Source: the human T2T-CHM13v2.0 reference genome, Homo sapiens. Taken from it: DNA of 64,000 nucleotides. The notes under the pieces are model-generated. The model was not told the origin of the DNA. It worked only from the letters and a program-made list of their open reading frames with translations, and did no database searches. The stretch is taken from the NCBI RefSeq assembly GCF_009914755.1, contig NC_060928.1; one strand, 5' to 3'. The position numbers and the translations under genes are program-made. Each line of letters begins with the position of its first letter. Position 1 is the stretch's first letter. This document shows positions 53,851 to 64,000 of the stretch, piece after piece.

Positions 53851-56800
53851 TATTTGTGTATTTGAGTGCAGAAGGTACCTCAGTATGTTTTCAGTGGATG
53901 ATATGTACAAATAAACTTCTTAATACAATTACCTCATTTGAATTCAAAATAATTGAAATCTTAATATCCAGATTCTATTCCCAGCTTAGTCACTTGTTCT
54001 ATGACCTATAGGAAGTCACTTTACCGCTTTAGATTTTTCTCCTCCTCTCTAAAATGGAATTAGTTAATTTTTAGTTCTAAAGTGGTTGTGGAAATAAAAT
54101 AAAATAATGTAGATGGAAACAAGTTGAAGGAAAAGACTCCATCCTAACTGCAGTGTATAAAGAAATGAATAACCCTAAATACCTGAAGTAGAGAAGAAAT
54201 TGGGCTTGTGGTTACCAGAGAATCAAGATAGAAAAGAATTACAGTTCTTTTTTTAAAAAAAATAAATAAAAAGAGAGTGAGAGGAAGAAGGATGAACATC
54301 AGCTATCTTAAAAGAGCAAGACACTCTACTAGACAGTGTTTGTTATCTCATTTAATCCACACATTTTTCATGGTGGAAAAACAAAAGGAAAGGAACATTT
54401 ACTGAGGTGTAGCACTCACAAAATTCTGAACGGCCAATTTTACTTTATGGGTACATGGCTTGATTGGCAGTCTGTCTGTAGGATAGCAGAGATTTCAGAA
54501 TTTTCCAGCACTATTTCTCATTTCCTGGAGCTTGAATCACACTTATGTCACTAATTAGCTCTCCTCTCCTTGGAAGTTGAGTCAACCACTCTGGGCTTTC
54601 TTTTGGGTAAAAATAAGAAAAATGATATTTACTGAATATTCTACAAGAATTGAAGAATTTTTTTCAAGTAGTATATACTTGTATGCAGTGCAGAGTTAAT
54701 TTTTAATAAGTCAGATCTCCTTCTGATTTTACTTCTCTGTTAACCAAAACCTAAACATAAATTTGGATTTCCCATCTTCCTGTCTCTCTATATATACACT
54801 TCCAGAAAGAATTTGATTTAACGTCTTAAGGAACAAAACTGTCCTGTGAAACATAGCGAATGTGTAAGCTAGAATCTTCCTCCTTCTTTAGGCAGCTGAA
54901 AAAAAGCAGAGAATAAAAATAAAATATGGACCCCCTAAAGCTTGCCTACCATTGATTAAGGCAAGAGCAGAAGAAAAATATATAATATGTAAACATGCCT
55001 TCTTTCTTTCATTGCATTTTTCTAGGTTATTAAGATGTAATTCAGATGTTTTCCCCTCAATATTTTTGAAAAAGAAACAAGATTATAAGGCTTCTAAGAG
55101 CTGTTGAAAAATCTGGAGTTAAATAAAGTTTATCATGTTACACTTACAAAATTTGATTGTTCACAAAAGTGAATATTTTCTAAGCTCCAGTAAAATCTTC
55201 AGAAATAAGATGATATCACAAATGTTTCTACGGTAGAAGCTACTTCCAGTGTGGTGACTACATGGTTAAAAGCATGACTTCAGTAGTTGTCCTACTTAGG
55301 GTGGACAAGAGACAGGCACTGAGCTCTCAGTGGATTGGTACATCAAATTTTACTTCTCCCTCATGCAAACCCCACACAGTTCAGTGGGAGTGCTCCTCTA
55401 TTTATGAATGTGCCTGGTTGAAAGTGAGAATGTTCACTTTCTCTTATATTCTAATTTGCCAGAACTTAGTCTCATGATCAATTGTAATTTTAAAGAAGAT
55501 CGGGAAATATAGAAAAAGTCTGGTTTGTTTCATGAGCACTAATTATCTTTGCCACAGGAATGAAACAATTTGGGTTTGACTTACAGCTCTCCCATGTTTT
55601 AACTGCAAGTTCTTGGGCAGTTACCAATCACCTCCAAGCCTTAGGTGTTCAACTATGAAATGAAGACAATCATTGTTGCTTATTTTGAATGCCTGGAGGG
55701 TTAGACAAGATATTACCTGGAAGAGCTTGTCCTAGTGCCAGTCATATAATAATCACTAAAAATAGGCAGTTGTTATCATGCTTATATCAAACATTTTTCT
55801 CCATTGTTTGAAAGATTGAGGTATTTCTCAACTAAAAACATTGGAATGATAAACCCTGGCGCAAGGTAGACAAAATAAATAGTACTGGGGAGGTACATTG
55901 GACTGAATGGTGAGTGAATAACTCTCTGTTGAAATGACATGAAAGCTAATATACAAAGAATAGTAATAACAGGGAACCAGTCTTCCAGCCAATTAAAAAT
56001 GCATGCAAAGGCCCCAAGGCAGATAATAGCTTACTGTCTTAGAGGAACTAAACCAAGACCAGAGTAACTGTGGCTCAGTGAAATAGATGAAGTAGGGTAG
56101 AAAGAGTGGCACTAGGGTAGGGCTAGAGAGGCAGGTAGTGTCCAGAGCACAGAAACTTAAGGAGCTTAACAGCTCGCTGAAGTTTTCACAGTTAATAAGG
56201 CACCTCTTTAAACTTGTGCTCTTTATATTACATCATATATTCTTCCCAGAGTTAGAGGCATAATTATAGCATCTAGTTATATGGGATGATAGAATTAAAA
56301 AAATTTTTTTTAAGTATAATTTCCTTCAATTATTAAAACAAGTCTCTGATATCACTAAGGCAAACAGTAATCCATAGAAACAGATGAGAGATGTATGTAC
56401 AGGGGGCTGACTGAACTAGCCAAGATCACACAGTAAGTGCTGCAACAGGGGTGTAAAATAAGTAAAACTCCACCTGCTTTGAGGTAGGATAAGGGTAAGA
56501 AGTTGCACATGGACCATGTATCTACTATGTGCCAGATCTTGGATATTTTAGAAATGTTACTCAGAAAGATCTTTGACAATCACATCTGCTGCAATTTGAA
56601 ATAAATTAGTTTCTTTTTGCTTTTTTCTATCATGAAATGTAAGTCATGATATTCTAGTATTCTAACTCAATATTAATGAGGGGGCAGCAATTGCTTCTAT
56701 TTTCAAGAGCAGACCTGCCAGAAGAAGAGAAAGGTGTTAACATATGAAATATATCCTTAAAAAGTAATAATATCCATGATGAGAATTATACAGTTAGTAC

Positions 56801-58619
56801 ACATTACCCTTATGCTTTGATGATTATAATATATCAGTCAAAGGCAAGTGAAACCATGCATTAATTACTGAGTCATTTGTTAAATACAAAATTGTGAATC
56901 AATTTTAATCAAAAGAAAGAGAGTTCACCTGAATTTAGAGAAAGTGATGACTAATAGTGCATCTAGGTAGACTTAATCCAATTTACCTAAAAACATTACA
57001 TATATATTTATCTTTGCCAGTGCTTTTAATCCCAGCTGGATCCATGTTACACAAGTCATTTTTACCTTTTGGGTAATTTGTCACTATGTAAATTTAAGTG
57101 AAATTATTTATACAGATAATGAAAACTGAAAATGATTTAAATTTGTGGATTAATTATAATGAGAATATTCTCCATATACATGTTAGACATACAAAAGGGA
57201 ACTAGCAAAGTAAAGTTGGGAACTCCAAATAAATACAACATGGTTTTATTTAGCCCTGTATTTGCAATGACCCATATGTCTGACCCATCTCAGGGGCTAA
57301 TAACTAATTAGTAAAATAATTCTAGACATATAAAAAAGGCATTGTGATATTGTTGCATAAAAGTGTTAGCTACGATGCTACTTAAGATAGGTTTGCTGGC
57401 TATTAAATGCCTAGTTGGGGTGATTTCTAACTGCACATTCTACCAATATTTTCAGATACCAAGGTCTTGTCATTAGGTGACACAATGAAAAGAGACTGAG
57501 TTTCTGATTCAGCTGGACCCACGGTGGAGCTTCACACCTTTCAGAATCTTGACCTTGAGCACATTACTAAACTTGTGAACCTCAGATTTCCCATCTGTAA
57601 ATGAGATTAACGTACCTACACCCATTAACTGTGCCAGACATCTTACTGGGTACTAGAAAAACATCTTATCCATATGGAACTTAAATTCTAATAAGACTTA
57701 ATGTTATAAACTAGGTAAAGAATCGAGCAAACTACCTTGCATGCAGTAGAAGTTCAGAACTTCACAATTCTCCTGTTACTGCCACATGAGCCATGACTGG
57801 AGGTACACTTGTTTTTTTTCTAAGACTTCTATGCAATTAAACTTTACATTACTCATGTTGCCAATATATAAGGGGCCTCACATGTTATAGTGCTTTGAAT
57901 TAAAATTTAAGAGGAACAAATAAGTACCTATTTCACTATTCTAGGTACATGGAGGACATTGTTAGAAAATAGGACATTACAAAGTCGCAATACAGCCAAT
58001 GGTTCTTGCCATCTGACATTTGTTTGAAAGACACAAATAATGTTCTCTACAGTAGCAAAAGTCACATAAGGTCAATCATATTTTGGAGCTTGTCCCTCAT
58101 GGACAAAAACAGGTAAATGTTTAACTCTACCTGTAAAATTGTGAACAACAGAGGGAAGCAATGGGCCAACAGGGTGGTCAGGGAAGGCCAGCTGCAATTA
58201 TGTGAAGTCTGACCTCTGTGTCTAGTTGACCCAAGAGGAAAGAATACAATAAAGTCTCTGACCTAAAATGTATTTTTAAATGAAATTTGACAATAGCTGG
58301 TAAAATACATTTAGTGTTACATCAAGCCTCTAAATTTTGAAATCATTTAATATGTTCAAAAAACCCAAAACACTGGTAGGGTCACAAGTCCCTTCTAATC
58401 CCATGATGTATTTATTGGAAAATTCCCATTTACGTAATAAACAATTGTGATACTGTTGACATCCACTCTCTAGAAAATGCAGTGCACTAGTAGCTCCCTT
58501 CGTGCCCCCAGTCCCCTTGTAGCTTAGACATTCTTGCTTATGTTGCAAGAAAAAGCCTGTCAGAACCAAGTGAAATGATAGTGCTGGATATTGACAGGTT
58601 GCAAACGTATGCATATGCA

Positions 58620-59400
58620 TGCTCTCATTCTTCATTATTCCCTTTTTAACCCCTTTATTCATCCATTCATCCTTTTATTTGCACTCATCCAACAATAAAT
58701 ATTTATTCAACATCTTTTGTCAACAGTCACCATCCTAGATCTGGTGGACAAAAGAGATATCTGGATTAAAACAAATCTTCTGTTCTTGGATCTAAAAAGT
58801 CTAAAAGAGAAGAAATTAAAATAAATTTTAAGAAACTTTAAAATACTAAAAATCAGTTAAAGCATTATGTAGAACTTTAACAGGGGGTTGAAAATCAACA
58901 AATTGGGGCAGCCAGTAGCAACAGAGGCCAGTTATTTACATAGGTGGCTGGGAATGCCCCTTAGATAGACAGTATTTAAGATGCAACCTGAGGAGTCAAA
59001 AAGAGCTGGCTAAACAATGGGTCAGATAAACAGGTTTTTATTTGGAAAAAGTTGGTTATTCAAAGACTTTGAGTTGGAAAAGAACCTGGACTATTTGAGT
59101 AAGTGGGAGAATATTGCTGTAATTGGAATATGGAAACAAGGGGCAATGATTCTAGTCAAGATGGCAGTGAGAGTCTGGGGTTAGGTTGAATAGAACATTG
59201 AAGGCCATAATAAGACATTGATTTTATTCCAACTACATGGATGGGTATAAGCCATAGAACAGCAAGATGAAATTTCTATTTTCAATTTGTCATTTGTGCT
59301 ACTGTACAGAATGTGGGTTACTGAAGGGCCAAGGTGGAAGAAGGAAAACCAGGCCGAAGCCTCCTGTGAAAAAGAAATGGTGTTGACCTAGATGTATAGA
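58620..59400 (-). mobile_element. LINE-2 3' region
   Basis: cattcatcc...caacaataaatatttattcaacatc, followed by purine-rich L2 antisense body motifs. Confidence 0.6.
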
Positions 59401-59701
59401 TCACGTCTAGAACACATATAGAATAACTTAAATTGACATCATAATTGATAATTTCTTAGGGTTAATATTTTCTAATTCTTAAATTTTATGTGTATGGGGA
59501 TGGAAAACTAAAGAGTTGATGTCATGCCCAGGATCATAAGCTAGTTCATGATAGACAAATAGCTCTGCTGTTCTGGGTCCCAAATCAAGCTTAACTTCAG
59601 GTGAATAGATTCAAACAAAAAATCCTGGCTGCTCTGTTACACTACAGTTGCTGAGATATGTTGGCATTAGGGGTAGAATTAAATTCTGGTCATTTAATTA
59701 A

Positions 59702-59712
59702 GATGATGATGG

Positions 59713-59744
<32 letters not shown>
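59702..59744. repeat. (GAT)n trinucleotide microsatellite
   Basis: Directly visible, with one ggt interruption. Confidence 0.92.
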
Positions 59745-60905
59745 GCAGAACATTTTTAATTGCTGGTCATCATATGCCAGATTCTGGGCTAAGTCATTCT
59801 TTAGCCCAAACACATAACAATCCTATGAGTTCCAATTCTGTAGTCCAGTACATCCATTCTACACACAGGTAGCACAGGCTGAGAGAGGTTTTATGATTGG
59901 CTATGTCCACAGAGTAAGTATAGAACCCATGTATAATTCATTCTAAAGAATATACTGTGTTGCCAACAATAAAATATCTATTGTTTAGCAGTTGTGATCA
60001 TTACATTAAAAAGTGGATAATATATTTATACATGGAAGATTGTTTAAAAGTCACCCAAAACCTCAAAATCCTAAATTAATCCCCCAAAATATTTTGATAG
60101 CTTCCTTTCATGCTTTTCATTACGTATTTACATAGATATCAACAATATTAACCCAGGTACTATGAGTAGCAGTCATTGTTTTTGACTTTCAGTTATATAC
60201 TTGAGATTATTCTACCATATCAGCTAATAAATTATTTCCTTTGCTTTCGTTTAATAGACTATTAAAGACATTGTTTTTCCTGAAATGTGACTATGTCTTC
60301 AATCTGCCTAGCAATGAGTGATAGCAATAATTACCTAATCGCCCATTCTTACATACTTGCCTCCTATAAGAATGTATGTATTTGGCATAACACGGGGTTT
60401 CAGTTGAACTATGATGATCAGAATAGCATCACATGATGGATAAAGTATGGTGACAAAAAAAAATGACAGAATAGTCACAGTGAATCTGGAGTCCCATGCC
60501 ACTATCTAGTTGCACCAAATTTAGCAAGGAAATTCTGGGTTCACTTTTACAGAAAAGATGCCCCTGAAAATAGAAAGATGTTTGCAAATAGAACAATGTT
60601 ACCTCTAAAGTAAGGGAGTTTGCTCTCTAAGCAATGCTTTGCTCCAAAAAACCTAAAGAAGTGTAGAAATCTCCTCAATAATTTTTGATATTTTACATAA
60701 ATTGATATTTTTAAGATCTTCAGAATACATAGGAAAGGGTAAGTTACATTTATCAATTACCGTCTCATTTAATTTTCACAAAAGCCATGAATCAAGTCTA
60801 TTACAAATGCCATATAGTCATGGTACTCTTCGAAGATTTCCTTACCCCTGAGGAAATCTGTACCTTTTAGCTCTAGAGATTCTACTGCAATACTTAATGG
60901 ATCAT

Positions 60906-61297
60906 TATGTTAGTCTGTTTTGCATTTCTATAACGGAATACCTAAGACCAGGGAATTTATAAAGGAAAGGGATTTATTTGGCTCCTGGTTCTGCAGGAAG
61001 TACAAGCATGGGTCCAACATCTGGGTGAGGCCTCAGGAAACATTCAGTCATGGTGGAAGAGATGAGGGAGCCAGTGTGTCACATGGCGAGAGCAGGAGCA
61101 AAAGAGAAAAAAGGGAGGCCCCAGACTCTTTTAAACATCTAGATTTCATGTTAACTCATTACTGCAGGGAAGGCACCAAACCATTCATGAGGGATCTGCC
61201 CCCATGACCCAAACACCTCCTACCAGGCCCCACCTCCAACACTGGGGATCACATTTCAACATGAGATTTGGAGTGAACAAGTATCTAAACTAAATCA
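60906..61297 (-). mobile_element. MSTB-like MaLR solo LTR
   Basis: gttagtctgttttgcatt...ggtgaggcctcaggaa...ccattcatgagggatctgcccccatgacccaaacacctcc...catttcaacatgagatttgg. Confidence 0.9.
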
Positions 61298-61369
61298 TCG
61301 CTTACTACTCCTCCCTCAAATCATTATCAAAAATGCATCTATTGAATTTTTCATGTGATTTTATTATAC

Positions 61370-62080
61370 TTCCTTCTATTGTAAGTTGAGTATGTTTTCC
61401 TGCCTGAGTGATATTGGGTTTAGGCAGTTATTTGCTTTGGGCACTGTATGTTAGCAACACTAATTCCAGCAGAAATTGAGTGTTTTTCAGTTGACCTCTT
61501 GTCCTTCTGGCATCCATGATTAAAAAAAAAGCACACTTCAAATTCCTAATGGTTCCATAATGGAGAAACACTTGAGCAGACCTAAACTAAATCTGCAACC
61601 CCAAAGCAAAGCCCATTTGAGGCCAGCCACAGTCAGAAGAGCAACATTTAAATTTATAGATTTGTGAGTGCTGAAAAAAAAAATGTATTCTGGCCGGGCA
61701 TGGTGGTTCACACCTGTAATCCCAGCACTTTGGGAGGCCGAGGCAGGCAGATCACAAGGTCAGGAGATCGAGACCATCCTGGCTAACACAGTGAAACCCT
61801 GTCTCTACTAAAAATACAAAAATTAGCCTGGTGTGGTGGCGGGCGCCTGTAGTCCCAGCTACTCGAGAGGCTGAGGCAGGAGAATGATGTAAACCTGGGA
61901 GGCGGAGCTTTCAGTGAGCTGAGATCACACCACCACATTCCAGCCTGGGCAACAGGCTGACAGAGTGAGAATCTGTCTCAAAAAAAAAAAAAAAAAAAAA
62001 AAAAATGGTATTCCTTTAAGCCACTAAGACATTGTGGTATTTTGTTATGCTGCATTACTGTAGCAAACCTAACTAATAAA
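61370..62080 (+). mobile_element. MLT1G/H-like LTR split by an Alu
   Basis: 3' end tttaagccactaaga...tttgttatgctgcattactgtagcaa...aactaata. Confidence 0.65.
61692..62005 (+). mobile_element. AluY-like
   Basis: gagatcgagaccatcctggctaacac, ggcgggcgcctgtagtcc and ggcggagctt. Long poly(A) and degenerate TSD aaaaatg(g)tattc. Confidence 0.95.
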
Positions 62081-62210
62081 CTTTTAAGAGTGTCCTGTCA
62101 CATGCTATTTGGAATGCCATTTTATTTTATTTTCCTTGATCTTCCTATGCCATTTTAAATTAAAATACCTTCACATGCCATGTCTTTGTTACCCTGGTAG
62201 TTTATCTTCT

Positions 62211-64000
62211 ATGTGCATACCTTGTTTCATTGTGTTTTGCTTAACTGCACTTCGCAGATAACACATTTTTTTACAGATAGAAGGTTTGTGAGAACCCTAC
62301 AATGGCCCGTAAGTGTTCAAGTGAGAGAAGAGTTACATGCCTCTCACTTTAAAACAAAAGCTAGGAATGATTAAGCTTGGTGAGGAAGATATGTCAAAAG
62401 CTAAAATAGGCCAAAAGCTTGGCATTTTTTGCCAGTTAACTAGGTTGTGACCGCAAAGGAAAAGTTCTTGAAGGAAATTTAAAGTGTTACTCCAATAAAA
62501 ACAAAAATGATAAGAAAGCAAGACAGCTTTGTTGTTGATATGAAGAAAGTTCATGTCATCTGAATTGAAGATCAGACCAGACTCAACATCCCTTATGCCA
62601 AAGCCTAACCCAGAGCAAGGCCCTAACTGTCTTCAATTCTATGAGATCTGAGAGAGTTGAGGAAGCTGCAAAAGAAAAGTTGGAAGCTAGCAGAGATTGG
62701 TTCATGGGGTTTCAGGAAAGAAAGACTCCACAACACAAAAGTGCAAAGTGAAGCAGAAAGTGCTGAAGTAGTAACGGCATCAGGTTATCCAGAAGATCTA
62801 GCTAAGATCATTGATGAAGGTGGCTCCACTAAACAAGAGAATTTCCATGCAGACAAAACAGCCTTCTACTATAAGAAGTGCCATCCAGGCCTTTCACAGC
62901 TAAGGAGGCAAAGCCAGTGCTTGGCTTCAAAGCTGCAAAGACAGCTTGACTCTCTCGCTAGAGACTAAAGCGTCTTGTGATTTTTAAGTTGAAGTCAATG
63001 TTTATTTACTGATGTGGCTTCAGTTTGTTTTCCAACTCAAATATCATGTTGAATTGTGATCCCCAATGTTAGAGGAGGGGTCTGGTGGAAGGTGACTAGG
63101 TCCTGGGGGCTGACTGCCCCCTTGCTGTTCTTGGGCTAGTAAGAGAATTCTTAGGAGATCTGGCTGTTTAACAGTGTGTGGCACCTCCCCCTTCATCCTC
63201 TTCCTCTTGTTCCCCTTTGCCTTTTATGACTGTAAGTTTCCTGAGGCCTCCCCAGCCATGCTTCCTGTACAGCCTCAAGAACTATGAGCTAATTATACTT
63301 CTTTTCTGGATAAATTACCCATTCTCAGCTAGTTCTTTATAGCAGTGAGAGAACAGGCTGACATTCACCATTCTGAAAATCATAGAGCCCTTAAGAATTA
63401 TGCTAAATATACTCTGTCTGTGCTCAGTAAATTGAATAATAAACTCGGAATGACAGTGCATGTGTTTACAGCATAGTTTACTGAATATTTAAGCCCACTG
63501 TTGAGAACTGATTAGAGAAAAATATTTCTTTCAATGTATTAGTGCTCATTGACAATGTCCCTGATCACTTAAGAGCTCTGATGGAGATTGGCAAAGAGAT
63601 GAATGTTGTTTCACGACTACTAACAAAACATCTATTCTGCAGTCCCTGAATCAAGAAGTACTTTTGACTTTTAAGTCTTATTATTTAAGAAATATGTTTT
63701 ATAAGGGTATAGCTGCCATAAATAGTGATTCCTCTGATAGATCTGGACAAAGTAAGTTGAAGATCTTCTGGAAAAGATTTGCCATTCTAGTTGTCATTAA
63801 GAACATTTGTTTCATGGGATAAAGTCAAAATATCTACATTAAAGGAATTTGAGGGTAAGTTTATTCCAACCCTCATGGATGACTGAGATGTTTAAGACTT
63901 AAGAGGAGGTAGCAACTGCAGATACTGGTGGAAATAGCAAGATAACTAGAATTAGAAGTAGAACCTGAAAATGTGATTGAAATGCTGCAATCTTATGATA
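62211..64000 (+). mobile_element. Tigger1 (pogo-like) DNA transposon with a decayed transposase, running off the window end
   Basis: 5' TIR remnant gcataccttgtttcattg. Transposase start ATG at 62302 (MARKCSSER...). Also [13 protein letters not shown]...[13 protein letters not shown]...DKTAFY. Frameshifted. Confidence 0.93.
63010..63363 (+). mobile_element. MSTA-like solo LTR inserted in Tigger1
   Basis: tgatgtgg...gaattgtgatccccaatgtt...tgtaagtttcctgaggcctccccagccatgcttcctgtacagcct...aca. 5-bp TSD tttac/ttcac. Confidence 0.9.

Noticed and set aside
62657-62968. TIGD1-like protein fragment
   Set aside because: Frameshifted piece of a decayed Tigger1 transposase.

Overview
This is AT-rich, CpG-depleted primate (human-like) genomic DNA dominated by interspersed repeats: old L1M/L1ME, L1MA, L1PA 3' ends, nine Alus, L2/MIR, MaLR and ERV LTRs, MADE1, MER3 and Tigger1. 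The only recognisable gene-derived sequence is a disabled IGBP1 (alpha4) processed pseudogene at 42499-43693, nested with a 14-bp TSD inside an L1MA copy. I find no intact protein-coding gene, RNA gene or CRISPR array, and I cannot support a new multi-gene system. The best leads are four. (1) Several repeat-free, minus-strand candidate terminal exons (16867, 22710, 5917, weaker 48586), suggesting the 3' end of a large gene with alternative C-termini that I could not name. (2) An L1 insertion made of the extreme 5' ~90 nt inverted against the last ~500 nt. (3) Two Alus lacking tails despite having TSDs. (4) A perfect 29-bp templated copy inside an old L1. Repeat subfamily names come from recall of consensus sequences, not a database search. 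Boundaries of old repeats are approximate.
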